Shown: positions 18,421 to 28,659 of the stretch, piece after piece
How the letters are laid out: the number at the start of each line of letters is the position of its first letter
Position numbering within the stretch: the stretch's first letter is position 1
Source of the DNA: Ignavibacteria bacterium
GTDB lineage: Bacteria; Bacteroidota; Ignavibacteria; Kapaibacteriales; Kapaibacteriaceae
Assembly (NCBI GenBank): GCA_947495975.1
Contig: CANMBE010000006.1
Location: 951 to 64,950 of the forward strand
Direction of reading: 5' to 3'
DNA length: 64,000 nucleotides
Program-made: the position numbers and the translations under genes
The notes under the pieces: generated by a model
Seen by the model: the letters and a program-made list of their open reading frames with translations, nothing else
Told to the model about the DNA's origin: nothing
Database searches by the model: none

Positions 18421-20988
18421 ATGACACGTACCCTTATATCTGCAACCTTAATTTTAGCAGTTGCCACGGTCTCTGCGGTTACAGGATTCGCACAATCAGC
18501 AGTTGATGCTCGTCTCTTGTTTACCCCAAGGCAGGTTACGAAAGATTCACCGAGTGCTCAGCAGAATGGTTTCATTCGCCCAATGATACTTCAGCACACA
18601 GTTGCACGTTCTGTGTTTGAAGCATCGAGTAAGAAATTGACGCTGTCAAATTTCCCGCTACCTGAAAACACAAGTTCAACGCTTGTCCTTGAGCGCACGC
18701 GTGCGGTTGTTGACGCAAACACAGAGTTCATAACACATACAAAGTCAGGTAGAGTTGCGTTTAAGGTTCGCCCTGTTATCTCATATCGTGGCACTGTGAA
18801 CAACGATCCAACGTCTGTGGTCTCTCTTCACTACAGTGAGGGTAACATCACAGGTTACGTGCAGATGTCAACCGGCAAGAAGACGTTGATTGGTCGGGAC
18901 TACAGCGTGGCTCGATCGGCCCAAGGCACTGCGCATATGATTGCCGATGAGGCAACAATGTTAGGTCAAGATCCGCTTGCGCGATTTGTCTGTGCCAATG
19001 AAGATCTGCCAACAGACCCAGAAACGGTTGTGCGATTAATGTCTATACCTCCAATGGCAAAGTCTACAGCTAAGTCTGTTGAACAAGGTCAAGCAGATTA
19101 TCTTAGAGAATTCAAACTGGCGATTGTGTTGCGCGAAGACTTAGATAGCATCATGAAGCGCCGCGGGGATACGGACGAGGAGGTTGCTCAATACTTCGTG
19201 AAGATAATTGCTGGTGTTTCCCAGGCATACGAACAGGAGCTTGACGCCACGATCTACATAACACTTTTCGAAAAGTATACTACAGATGAGGCTTCTGGTT
19301 ACTTCTACGATGGTAAAGATGTGCCGAAACTGAAAGAAGAGTTTGCTCGAGATTGGTCCTCTTCAAGAAATAGCGTTGATCGTTCTATCGCACACTTGTT
19401 TACGCTCTATCTCCCAGGTGGCAGTAACGTTCTTGGAATTGGAACGATTGCTTCCATGTGTAATAAAAAATATGCTGGTGGATATAGTGTGTCTGCAGCA
19501 TTCACAAATGCATCACAAATTCCCGGTGATCCCAAGCGATCAAATGGCTACGTTTCTGACCTCGAAGTAGTCGCACATGAACTCGGCCATGATGTTGGCG
19601 CGCTGCACACGCATAACTGCTATTGGAGTCCGCCTATAGATACGTGCATGCTTCAGTCCGATGGCACGGACGGTTGCTTCAACAATCCTGCTCTTAGGCA
19701 TATTGTCCCCGGCACAATCATGAGCTATTGCGAAGACGTGAACGGGAGCAATAAGCCCCTTACTTTTGGCGATCGTGTGGCTGACCGCATGCGAGGTTGG
19801 ATGGCTGCAGCAGATTGCAATCTTCTTGTTACACGTCCAGATATTCACATCACAGAGCCGCGTGGATCTACCATCTACAACTTGGGCGAGCTCATGCCTA
19901 TTCGGTGGGTTTCTGCACGTGTTGCTGCGGTGAATATTAGTTGGGGTGGGACGGCCACTGGTCCGTGGACGGCAATTGCATCGAATGTTGATGCCGCTAG
20001 CAGGTCATACTTGTGGACCATACCGGCATTGCCTGTCACCACTTTCTGGATTCGTGTTGAAGGCTCAACAGAGCCAGAAGCGCATGACACATCAATAGCG
20101 AGTTACCGCCTCAACGTTCCTGTTGTGCTTGATGCGCCAAAAGGTGGCGAGCGACTTGGACAAGGTTCTACGTTCTCAATTCGTTGGACGAAGGGCTCTG
20201 GCGTTGGCAATGTGAAGCTTGAATACGCTCCTGATGCCACGTCCTACGAAGTACTTCTAGAATCATCAAGCGCAACATCTCACAATTGGGTTGTGCCTAA
20301 TGTAGCAACTGACATCGCAAAAATTCGCGTTTCAGCTGTGAGTGCACCTGATGCAGTATCAACGAGTGGTACCTTTACAATAGGCGCACCACGTTTTGCT
20401 CTTGAACTCCCCGGTGAGGGCGGTGCACTGTGTAAGAATCAATTGAACCAGTTCCGTTGGAGTGCTGATTTTATCCCGAACATTCGGATTCAGTACTCTA
20501 CAGATAACGGGGCCAACTGGCGCACAGCAACGCAACAATCAACGTTGGATGTAACCATCGGACAAATCTTTAGCCGCAACGTGAATATGAACAGTGTTCC
20601 GGCAGGAACAAAAGTCAAACTTCGTGTCATTGATGCAGTGACCGAAGCTGTTCTGGCTACACGCGATAGTCTACTCATTGACTCATGTAATGCAGCGGTT
20701 TCAGTTGATGAACAAGAAACAGATTTGCCGTTCGCAATTACGTCCGTTTCTCCAAACCCAGCTTCGTCTGTTGTTCGGCTTGGATTGAGTGCAACATCGC
20801 AAACGCAATGTGACGTAGTTCTTATCTCTGTGGATGGCCGAGAACTTTCATTGCGATCAGGATGTACTCTTAGCACGGGCTCATCAATATTGGAAGTGTC
20901 ATTGAATGACGTTGCACCTGGCTCATATCGTATTGCAATACGCCATGGTAGTATTCAGGTGATTGCTCCTCTTGTGATCGTTCGATAA
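18421..20988 (+). CDS. M12B/reprolysin-like zinc metalloprotease, T9SS cargo (paralog 2)
   Basis: HELGHDVGALH, TIMSY, FVCANE, SPNPA sorting domain; collinear with paralog 1. Confidence 0.92.
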   Translation: MTRTLISATLILAVATVSAVTGFAQSAVDARLLFTPRQVTKDSPSAQQNGFIRPMILQHTVARSVFEASSKKLTLSNFPLPENTSSTLVLERTRAVVDANTEFITHTKSGRVAFKVRPVISYRGTVNNDPTSVVSLHYSEGNITGYVQMSTGKKTLIGRDYSVARSAQGTAHMIADEATMLGQDPLARFVCANEDLPTDPETVVRLMSIPPMAKSTAKSVEQGQADYLREFKLAIVLREDLDSIMKRRGDTDEEVAQYFVKIIAGVSQAYEQELDATIYITLFEKYTTDEASGYFYDGKDVPKLKEEFARDWSSSRNSVDRSIAHLFTLYLPGGSNVLGIGTIASMCNKKYAGGYSVSAAFTNASQIPGDPKRSNGYVSDLEVVAHELGHDVGALHTHNCYWSPPIDTCMLQSDGTDGCFNNPALRHIVPGTIMSYCEDVNGSNKPLTFGDRVADRMRGWMAAADCNLLVTRPDIHITEPRGSTIYNLGELMPIRWVSARVAAVNISWGGTATGPWTAIASNVDAASRSYLWTIPALPVTTFWIRVEGSTEPEAHDTSIASYRLNVPVVLDAPKGGERLGQGSTFSIRWTKGSGVGNVKLEYAPDATSYEVLLESSSATSHNWVVPNVATDIAKIRVSAVSAPDAVSTSGTFTIGAPRFALELPGEGGALCKNQLNQFRWSADFIPNIRIQYSTDNGANWRTATQQSTLDVTIGQIFSRNVNMNSVPAGTKVKLRVIDAVTEAVLATRDSLLIDSCNAAVSVDEQETDLPFAITSVSPNPASSVVRLGLSATSQTQCDVVLISVDGRELSLRSGCTLSTGSSILEVSLNDVAPGSYRIAIRHGSIQVIAPLVIVR

Positions 20989-21006
20989 AACTGGAGCTGG
21001 GACCTT

Positions 21007-21909
21007 ATGAGTGTGCTTACGAAGTTCGTTGTTCTAGGGCTCCCGCTTATTCCGAAAAGCATTGTTCGACTTGTGGCTCAGCGATATATCGCTGGGCCAC
21101 ACCTCGTTGATGCCGTGCGCATTACGAAGGACCTCATGTCTCTTGGTGCTTCCTCCACGATTGACGTGCTGGGTGAATTTGTTTCGTCGCGAGAACGCGC
21201 AGTGTTAGAGACAACAACGCAGGCATCCGTTATTGATGCAATCCACTCCAATTCATTGGCATCATACCTAAGTGTAAAGCTTACATCACTTGGTCTAGAC
21301 ATTGATCTTGATTTTGCATATCAGAATATTTCCTCACTAGTGAAGAAGGCCGCGTCAGTAGGAGTCTTTGTTCGCATGGATATGGAGAACACGCCTTATA
21401 CCGATGTTACTCTCGACTTTTACCGCCGCCTTCGCCGTGATGGCCACAACAATGTTGGTGTAGTGATTCAAGCGTATTTGCGACGCTCTGAATCTGATGT
21501 GCTTTCTCTCCTTGCGTATGAACCTTCCGTGCGGCTTTGCAAGGGTATCTACGTTGAGAGTGAGGAACATGCCTTTAAGGAGCCGGACGAAATTCGAAAC
21601 AGCTTTACGTCGCTGCTTCGAATATTGCTCTCCGGTAAGGGGCGCACCCATATCGCTACACATGACGAGTCATTGATTGTTAACGCGGAGAGCCTCATCC
21701 GAGAGGACAAGCAGCCAACGTCCAAATATGAATTCGAAATGTTGCTCGGCGTCCGTGAGGACAGACGCAACGCACTCATCGGTAATGGACATGCAGTGCG
21801 TGTCTATGTACCATTTGGTGAAGACTGGTACGGCTACTCAACGCGTCGGCTCAAGGAAAATCCGCAAGTAGCGGGCTACATTGCGAAGGCATTATTTACA
21901 GGGCGATAG
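21007..21909 (+). CDS. Monofunctional proline dehydrogenase
   Basis: RYIAG, SVKLTSLG, RMDME, QAYLRR, RLCKGIY, IATHD and YVPFGEDWYGYSTRRLKE motifs. Confidence 0.95.
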   Translation: MSVLTKFVVLGLPLIPKSIVRLVAQRYIAGPHLVDAVRITKDLMSLGASSTIDVLGEFVSSRERAVLETTTQASVIDAIHSNSLASYLSVKLTSLGLDIDLDFAYQNISSLVKKAASVGVFVRMDMENTPYTDVTLDFYRRLRRDGHNNVGVVIQAYLRRSESDVLSLLAYEPSVRLCKGIYVESEEHAFKEPDEIRNSFTSLLRILLSGKGRTHIATHDESLIVNAESLIREDKQPTSKYEFEMLLGVREDRRNALIGNGHAVRVYVPFGEDWYGYSTRRLKENPQVAGYIAKALFTGR

Positions 21910-21910
21910 A

Positions 21911-22792
21911 ATGCGGATATTCATACGTTTAACAATCGCTTTGACCACGCTCATTATTGTTGCGTGTCAATCGCCGCAAGGATCGCCAGATACAACGGTG
22001 ACTGTAGGCACGTTCAATATAGAATGGCTTGGTGATGGCCTCGATGACAAAAAGCCTCGTACCGATCAGGAATGCCTGCTTATAGCCGATGTAATAGCTC
22101 GCTCTGGTGCTGATGTTTTAGGCGTACAAGAGATTGAAAATGAAGGGGCGCTGCGTAGAGTGCTTCGGTACCTGCAAAGCTATGATGGCTTTGTTGTTGA
22201 TGCGGGCATCAAACAAAACGTAGGCGTGATTTATCGTAGGGGCGTTGATGTTTCGAAGAGTGGCGTTTTTGAGCCCCTTGCCCTTGGTAGATCTGGAATG
22301 CGCCCAGGGCTTGTGTTGAGTTGTAAGAAGGGTGCCTTTGACTGGACGATGATGGTGGTGCACCTAAAAAGCACGTCGCGTTATGATAGCACCAATCAAA
22401 TGCGCGATGAATCTCGCGTCATGCGAAGTAGACAAATAGAAATATTGCGCTCGTGGTCGGATTCGCTGATTGCACGTGGACCGGAGAAAGACATCATGAT
22501 CGTAGGAGACTTCAATGACTTTACATCTCGGCGTCAGCAAGCAACTCTAACGGCCTTGCTTGAAAGCGACAACATGGCGTTCCTCACTGGGTTGCTCAAG
22601 AGCTGCAAGAACGAACAGTGGACAACAATCGATCAAGTTGTTGTGTCCAAGAGTGCGAGAGACAGAATGATTAAAGGATCGGAACGAGTTGAGGATATTC
22701 GTTCGTTCCTGAAGGATAACATGGCAGATGCAGTGAGTGATCATTGTCCAGTGCTGGTGCGATTTAGTACCATCGGACCAGATAACGACTAA
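21911..22792 (+). CDS. Endonuclease/exonuclease/phosphatase family lipoprotein
   Basis: Lipobox IVAC; TFNIEWL, GVQEI, VHLKS, GDFND and SDHCPV motifs. Confidence 0.9.
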   Translation: MRIFIRLTIALTTLIIVACQSPQGSPDTTVTVGTFNIEWLGDGLDDKKPRTDQECLLIADVIARSGADVLGVQEIENEGALRRVLRYLQSYDGFVVDAGIKQNVGVIYRRGVDVSKSGVFEPLALGRSGMRPGLVLSCKKGAFDWTMMVVHLKSTSRYDSTNQMRDESRVMRSRQIEILRSWSDSLIARGPEKDIMIVGDFNDFTSRRQQATLTALLESDNMAFLTGLLKSCKNEQWTTIDQVVVSKSARDRMIKGSERVEDIRSFLKDNMADAVSDHCPVLVRFSTIGPDND

Positions 22793-25206
22793 GCGAATAC
22801 CGTAACCTTGTTGCCTGCTCGTTTGCTAACATCAAGTGCAGCGTTAGTATGCGCAATGAGATCATCCCACGTATCTCGTGGTTCCGACTGCGCAATCCCA
22901 ATAGACACGGTGAACGACAATCGCTTGGCATCGATATCAACTGGAGTGCTTGCGATCTCTCGGCGCATGGTCTCTGTCCAATTTTGCGCTTCCTGCAGAC
23001 GGTATCCAACAAGGCCTAGCGCAAGCTGATCAATATCAAGGCGAGCTATAATGTCATACTCTCGAAGCTGCCCCTTCACCATTCGTAGCACATGTAAGAT
23101 TGCTCGCTCGCGTTGCTCTTCCGTTGTTCGAGATGGATCAAGATGGAGCATGCACAACGTGAGTGGAAGATTGTAGTCCACAGCGCGAGCAAACTCTTCC
23201 CGAACACGCATCTCAAAGCCCTGGGTATTGAGCACTCCCGTTGCGTGATCGAGCAATGCAGACCCCTGCAAGTTCTCAGCAGTACGAAGATGGTCGAGAA
23301 GTGGACCTGCAAGTTCACCAAGCACTTCAACAAGCGCAATGTCTTGGTGCGAAAGTGTGGACTCTAGATTTTCTAGGAAGAGTGCGCCATATGATTCTGT
23401 TGCTGTGCATATCGGAACGGCAACAAATTGTCCTTGTTCGATGCGGGCCTCTGTGGTCATCACTCGAATGCCGTTGTATTCTTCTGAATGCACAACTGTG
23501 GTTGCAGAGTTTATAGCGTGCCCAACTGCGGAAGTTGCAAGATCAACAATTTGCCCAACATGAGAGCGGTAGCCATCATCCATTGCAGAGCGAGCATCGG
23601 TAAGCGTCCATGCTCTTTGAGTAGCGTCAAAGCTGACAACTCCAACACGGCTTATATCCATCTGCTGAATGAGCGTAGCAAACAACGCACGCGTAATCTG
23701 AAGCACGTTTGTTGGTACACCGCCTAGATGATCGCGAAAATTCTTTGTGGCATCTAGTGTAGCCGAGGCATGCATGAGATCGAATTTGGACGTGTATGAA
23801 GATACAAGTCCAGATATAAGTTTTGTGAATTGACCAAAGAAACCAACGGTGATGTCGGAGTAGGCATCTTCGATAAGAGAGTCGGCACAAAGTATTCCTA
23901 CAACATTGCCACCGTAATACACCGGCACGCCGATGAATGACATTGTCTGCGCATGGCGGTTGTAGTAAGGCAATAAATCAAGCTCGGCAGAAGAGCTGAT
24001 CTGCGTGATGATCTCGGGCCGGCCTTCACGTGCAATCTGGCTGAGTGCATCATATCCCATAGGGATCTTGCGCTCTGTAGTAAACTCTGCTTCTGCTTCC
24101 GTGATCTTTGCTTCGAGTACGAGTTGCTGGCGCTCGCTATTGACCCAAAAAAACGCTGCCGTACGCGCATTTGTCACAGACCGAATCACCATGAGTACAC
24201 GGTTAAGAAGATGGTCAAACTCACGTCGCGGCTCCTGTGACGTAAGATCTTCGTCTGCCTCGTCGTTTACAAATGTTGATAGAGACACCGCAGGTGAGCG
24301 CCGAGTAACCTCGCGTGCAACATGAACAGTGTTCGCAACAAGTTCCGGCTCGGGTTCCGATTCAACATCACCAATGAAGTCATCAGCACCTTCATCTACA
24401 ACGTCATTTTCAATCGTTGTTTCTACGACAGGCTCCGGTGTCTCAATCGAATTCGCTGCCTCAACAATCTCCTCGCCTGTTGCTTCTACCGCTTCTTCCA
24501 TTGGTGTATCAGGCTCAACACGTATGGGCTTCACACGTGATAGGGGGCGAACAATAACATCATCTGAAAGCTGAATCTCATTCGTAACGGGACCAGTAAT
24601 GACTGCCGTTGATGATGAGAAAACAACCTGTTCTGACTCTGCTTTTTGCGCCAGTTCCGCTTGGTCTTTACGAATCCGCTCTTGCCGCATTTCACTTACA
24701 AGCCTTGGAGGCGCAGTCTTCGTTCCTGATTTGGTACCAAGAATCCTGATTCCCGATTCACTGTCCAAATGATCAATAAACTTTTGCTCGACAATATTTT
24801 CACGAAGAGCTACGGGCTTCCGCACAAGTTCTGCCTGACCATCAAAGAGGTCGATTTGATTCTCGTCAACAAACAGCGACTCATCAGATTCTGATATTCC
24901 AAATGACTCGCGGTAGGCCTCGGGATCAAACGTTTGTGATCTCTTCTGCCCATCTTGCACCGTGCGCGAACCTAGGTCGGGCATCTGCGACGGCCTCACA
25001 GGCGCAATAATTTGCAAGTCTGTAAGCCGAGGCGACACGATCATGAAGAGTGCCACACCACCAAGCACCGTAATGCAAATCCCAATGAGACGTACAGACA
25101 TCTCATCGAGGAAGAGTGCTATAAAGAGACCAATGACGATCACAAGGAACGCTATTGAGTCGCTAGGTTGGAAGACCTTGCGTAGGTCTACCTTTTGTTT
25201 CGTCAT
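22789..25206 (-). CDS. Membrane-anchored GAF-GAF protein with degenerate GGDEF domain
   Basis: Two N-terminal TM helices, long acidic linker, GAF motifs (SFIGVPV, FVAVPI), GGDEF fold (DHATGVLN, TVSIGIA) with DIDQL in place of GGDEF. Confidence 0.85.
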   Translation of the reverse strand: MTKQKVDLRKVFQPSDSIAFLVIVIGLFIALFLDEMSVRLIGICITVLGGVALFMIVSPRLTDLQIIAPVRPSQMPDLGSRTVQDGQKRSQTFDPEAYRESFGISESDESLFVDENQIDLFDGQAELVRKPVALRENIVEQKFIDHLDSESGIRILGTKSGTKTAPPRLVSEMRQERIRKDQAELAQKAESEQVVFSSSTAVITGPVTNEIQLSDDVIVRPLSRVKPIRVEPDTPMEEAVEATGEEIVEAANSIETPEPVVETTIENDVVDEGADDFIGDVESEPEPELVANTVHVAREVTRRSPAVSLSTFVNDEADEDLTSQEPRREFDHLLNRVLMVIRSVTNARTAAFFWVNSERQQLVLEAKITEAEAEFTTERKIPMGYDALSQIAREGRPEIITQISSSAELDLLPYYNRHAQTMSFIGVPVYYGGNVVGILCADSLIEDAYSDITVGFFGQFTKLISGLVSSYTSKFDLMHASATLDATKNFRDHLGGVPTNVLQITRALFATLIQQMDISRVGVVSFDATQRAWTLTDARSAMDDGYRSHVGQIVDLATSAVGHAINSATTVVHSEEYNGIRVMTTEARIEQGQFVAVPICTATESYGALFLENLESTLSHQDIALVEVLGELAGPLLDHLRTAENLQGSALLDHATGVLNTQGFEMRVREEFARAVDYNLPLTLCMLHLDPSRTTEEQRERAILHVLRMVKGQLREYDIIARLDIDQLALGLVGYRLQEAQNWTETMRREIASTPVDIDAKRLSFTVSIGIAQSEPRDTWDDLIAHTNAALDVSKRAGNKVTVFA

Positions 25207-25211
25207 AATTG

Positions 25212-25673
25212 TTACGGCAACAGTTCGATTTCATAACGCACAGTCTGATTCTGCGACACCGTGTTTCGCTCACCCTTCGGTGAAACAACGGTTGCTGCCA
25301 CATGCATCGTAATCGCGTTTTTTTTTGAGATTGTATAGCCCCCTTCAACGTTGAGGAGGGATTGAGACGTTCCAGTTATCGATGATGAGTTAACCTTCAC
25401 AGAGAACGGCGCATTCTTTGGAAGAGAGCGAACAGAGAGCACGTTCTTTGTGTATGCATGAGTGCTATGCGTTTCAGCTCGTGCAGTATCTGGTCCAGCT
25501 TCTAGATATTGCCGGACACGATAGTGCAACTCATCACCCTTCTTATAGCGAAGTGCAAACGAATCAATCTTTGCTTCCGTGCTGAGTTTTGCTGTTTCTC
25601 GTGGTGACTCATTGCCAGTGCAGGCTGTAAGAGAAATGGCAAGGCTTACCGCAAAGAGGTACCGAACTACCAT
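25212..25673 (-). CDS. Hypothetical lipoprotein, possibly internally deleted
   Basis: Lipobox LTAC; ATG overlaps the upstream stop; both ends resemble the adjacent 325-aa protein. Confidence 0.6.
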   Translation of the reverse strand: MVVRYLFAVSLAISLTACTGNESPRETAKLSTEAKIDSFALRYKKGDELHYRVRQYLEAGPDTARAETHSTHAYTKNVLSVRSLPKNAPFSVKVNSSSITGTSQSLLNVEGGYTISKKNAITMHVAATVVSPKGERNTVSQNQTVRYEIELLP

Positions 25674-26644
25674 TGATACTGACCCATGAGTTTCCACCGT
25701 GTAGTGGTTGTGGCAAGTTGGTTAAAGACTTCATTGCGAACTGAAGCGCGGAACCATGATTTTGTAATTGTTGTGAGTTCGTTGATCGTTCCACTCGTAG
25801 AAAGCATGAGAACGTTGTCAACTACCGCACCACCATCTTGCACCACGGCTATATATGGGATGTCATAGACATGAATCTTTTGATTTTTGCGAGCAGGTAT
25901 TGAGTCTTTTGTGATGAGCGAATAAAGCCCGCCAGTATAGGAGGCAAGACGTGATGTTGCCTTTCCCTCATACACTGCACCATCAATTCGTGTGGTGAGA
26001 CTGTGTTCCCAGGTTGAATCAACACCTTTACGAAGTCCTGGGATAACTCTCTTTTGGAGATCGCCGTATTGAAGTAGATTCTCACGATCAATGGACTGCA
26101 TCCAGATTGTGTACACCACCGTATCGAGATCTGCCGAGTTTTGCATGAGGTAGTCGCGCCAAAAGTCTACTTGCTCACCCGACACTTTGGTTGCCTCGCC
26201 ATATGGACTAACGGTAAGCTCAAACGTGCGATTCAGTGGTCCAATGTAGTTGTTGAGATCGGCAAAGTTTTTTGGCGTGATATCTTTCTGCGAATCGTAT
26301 GTGATGTCTGCACCAGCGGCTCTAAACATATACTTCAACGAATCAACGTTTACAACCAACTTGGCAATTCCGTCCATGGATTCAATACAGCGAATAGTCA
26401 CAAAGTACGTGACCGTGCGCCCGTAGGTTTTTTTGGAGGAGTCGCTATGTGTTCGCTCCACCGTGGACTGCTCAACAACCTCGTAATTCTGTGCTATGCC
26501 GGCACGATACAGAGCTTGTAGCCGATACTCTCGTTCAACTGGAGGAGCGCCTGTTTTCTGCGCGTTCATTGTGCCAACCAAGCACAGGAACGAGAGGGCA
26601 ATGATGAGGGTGTTTTGGATTGTCATAGAAGTGCGTTTAGTCAT
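25667..26644 (-). CDS. Secreted hypothetical protein (beta-rich, DUF6263-like character)
   Basis: Signal peptide (MNA-Q); 325-aa ORF with ITYDS and FELTVSPYG segments. Confidence 0.75.
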   Translation of the reverse strand: MTKRTSMTIQNTLIIALSFLCLVGTMNAQKTGAPPVEREYRLQALYRAGIAQNYEVVEQSTVERTHSDSSKKTYGRTVTYFVTIRCIESMDGIAKLVVNVDSLKYMFRAAGADITYDSQKDITPKNFADLNNYIGPLNRTFELTVSPYGEATKVSGEQVDFWRDYLMQNSADLDTVVYTIWMQSIDRENLLQYGDLQKRVIPGLRKGVDSTWEHSLTTRIDGAVYEGKATSRLASYTGGLYSLITKDSIPARKNQKIHVYDIPYIAVVQDGGAVVDNVLMLSTSGTINELTTITKSWFRASVRNEVFNQLATTTTRWKLMGQYQW

Positions 26645-26675
26645 GGAAATCTACCACAAAACGTTCACAAACGAG

Positions 26676-26699
26676 AAGAGGGCGGATAGCCGCCCTCTT
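26676..26699 (-). terminator. Probable intrinsic terminator downstream of ndk
   Basis: Perfect 10-bp stem AAGAGGGCGG-ATAG-CCGCCCTCTT. Confidence 0.7.
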
Positions 26700-26739
26700 T
26701 GTAGAACACCAGACGTGTTCACACGTTTCGTGTTGTGAC

Positions 26740-27162
26740 TTAGGCGTTGTTAATCAGTTCGCTTTCCGCAAAGAAAAAGGCTACTTCGTTCAGCCCATTT
26801 TCTACGGAATCAGAGCCATGAACGGCGTTTTCGCCCTTGCTCGTAGCATATGCACGGCGGATGGTTCCTTCGGCGGCTTCTGCGGGATCCGTTGCACCGA
26901 TCAATGTGCGCCAGTCAGCAATTGCATTTTCTTTTTCGAGGGCAATTGGCACAATAGCACCGCTCGACATAAAATTCACAAGCTCGCCGTAAAATGGGCG
27001 CTCCTTGTGGACAGCGTAGAATGCGCCAGCCACATCAGATGAAATGCGAGTGAGCTTCATTCCTAGAATGCGGAAGCCTGCCGCTTGAATCATCGCAACA
27101 ATGTTGCCGATGTTGTTGTTGCGGACGCCGTCCGGCTTAATAATACAGAGTGTACGTTCCAT
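26740..27162 (-). CDS. ndk: Nucleoside diphosphate kinase
   Basis: [18 protein letters not shown] and NAVHGSDS motifs. Confidence 0.98.
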   Translation of the reverse strand: MERTLCIIKPDGVRNNNIGNIVAMIQAAGFRILGMKLTRISSDVAGAFYAVHKERPFYGELVNFMSSGAIVPIALEKENAIADWRTLIGATDPAEAAEGTIRRAYATSKGENAVHGSDSVENGLNEVAFFFAESELINNA

Positions 27163-27185
27163 AGCTTCAGTGTTGTGATTTGGAG

Positions 27186-28181
27186 TTACTTCGATGACTT
27201 CTTTGAGGTTGCCTTTTTGGCAGTTGCCTTCTTACCGACTAATTTTTTTACTGATGGCTTTGAAGATGTTTTTGAAGGGGCTTTCCCAGATAACACCTGC
27301 TTCATCGTGATGCCGATTGTTGCTGGCGATTCAACCACAGTGATTCCACACGCGCGCATGGTGGCCATCTTGTCTGCAGCAGTTCCTTTGCCACCGGAAA
27401 TAATTGCGCCAGCGTGACCCATGCGGCGGCCAGGCGGGGCTGTTTGACCGGCAATAAAGCCTACAACAGGCTTCTTTACGTGCTTCTTGATGTATTCTGC
27501 AGCTTCTTCTTCTGCGCTGCCACCAATTTCGCCGATCATCACGATAGCTTTAGTCTTGGGGTCATCGTTGAATAGCTTGATCGCATCAATGAAGCGAGTG
27601 CCTACGATTGGATCGCCCCCTATACCGATACACGTCGTTTGACCCAGACCAACATCTGAAAGTTGTCGAACAGCTTCATATGTGAGCGTGCCCGAGCGCG
27701 ACACGAGTCCGATTGGACCTTGCGTGAAGATAAAACCAGGCATGATGCCGATTTTGCATTCACCGGGAGTGATGATGCCCGGACAGTTTGGTCCGATGAG
27801 TCGGGATGATGAACCTTCGAGAGCAGCTTGGACCGGAATCATATCACGAATTGGAATGCCTTCTGTGATACAAACGATAACCTCAATGCCAGCGCTGATA
27901 GACTCAAGTATCGCATCGGCCGCCATTGGTGCCGGCACAAAGATGATGGAAACGTCGCATCCCGTTGCGGCCTTTGCATCCGAAACAGTATTGAACACTG
28001 GAACTGGCCGAATAAAGATATCTTCACCCTTGCCGGAATACATTGTTCCACCCTTGCCCGGTGTAACACCACCAACGACGTTTGTGCCGTACTGCAACAT
28101 CTGCGAAGAATGGAAGGTGCCTTCGCTACCGGTTATGCCCTGAACGATGATCTTGGATTTTTTGTTTACGAGTACGCTCAT
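27186..28181 (-). CDS. sucD: Succinate--CoA ligase alpha subunit with Lys-rich C-terminal tail
   Basis: [31 protein letters not shown] and MGHAGAI motifs. Confidence 0.97.
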   Translation of the reverse strand: MSVLVNKKSKIIVQGITGSEGTFHSSQMLQYGTNVVGGVTPGKGGTMYSGKGEDIFIRPVPVFNTVSDAKAATGCDVSIIFVPAPMAADAILESISAGIEVIVCITEGIPIRDMIPVQAALEGSSSRLIGPNCPGIITPGECKIGIMPGFIFTQGPIGLVSRSGTLTYEAVRQLSDVGLGQTTCIGIGGDPIVGTRFIDAIKLFNDDPKTKAIVMIGEIGGSAEEEAAEYIKKHVKKPVVGFIAGQTAPPGRRMGHAGAIISGGKGTAADKMATMRACGITVVESPATIGITMKQVLSGKAPSKTSSKPSVKKLVGKKATAKKATSKKSSK

Positions 28182-28208
28182 TTTATATGTCCTAAGTGGA
28201 ATAGAGCA

Positions 28209-28216
28209 CAAATTTA
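28209..28216 (-). promoter_or_regulatory. Bacteroidota-type -7 promoter element (TAAATTTG) for sucD
   Basis: Matches TAnnTTTG, 27 nt upstream of the ATG, in a divergent gap. Confidence 0.6.
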
Positions 28217-28246
28217 CGGACAAACCATCAATGGCAGGAGTTTCCA

Positions 28247-28654
28247 ATGGTTGAAATGAAGATGATATATGAAGGCGAGCTACGCTGCAGTGCTTCCCAC
28301 GGTCCCTCTGGGAAGACCCTCATTACTGATGCACCTATCGATAACCACGGAAAAGGAGAAAGTTTTTCGCCTACAGACCTACTGGCAACTGCTCTTGGAA
28401 CATGCATGCTTACCTACATTGGCCTTACCGCAGACAAACACGGATGGGATGTACGGGGCACCAAGCTCACCGTTAAGAAAGAAATGGTGGCAGACCCACT
28501 CCGGCGAGTCGGCAGGTTAATCATTGATATTGTGTTGAACGCCCATTACGATGACGGCCAGATCAAGATTATGACAACAGCAGTCACAATGTGCCCGGTG
28601 CGACTTAGCATATCAGAGCAGATACAGGTGTCGGTTACGTTTGTTCAACGCTGA
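28247..28654 (+). CDS. OsmC family protein
   Basis: [27 protein letters not shown] and CPV motifs; AGGAG ribosome-binding site. Confidence 0.93.
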   Translation: MVEMKMIYEGELRCSASHGPSGKTLITDAPIDNHGKGESFSPTDLLATALGTCMLTYIGLTADKHGWDVRGTKLTVKKEMVADPLRRVGRLIIDIVLNAHYDDGQIKIMTTAVTMCPVRLSISEQIQVSVTFVQR

Positions 28655-28659
28655 ACAAT

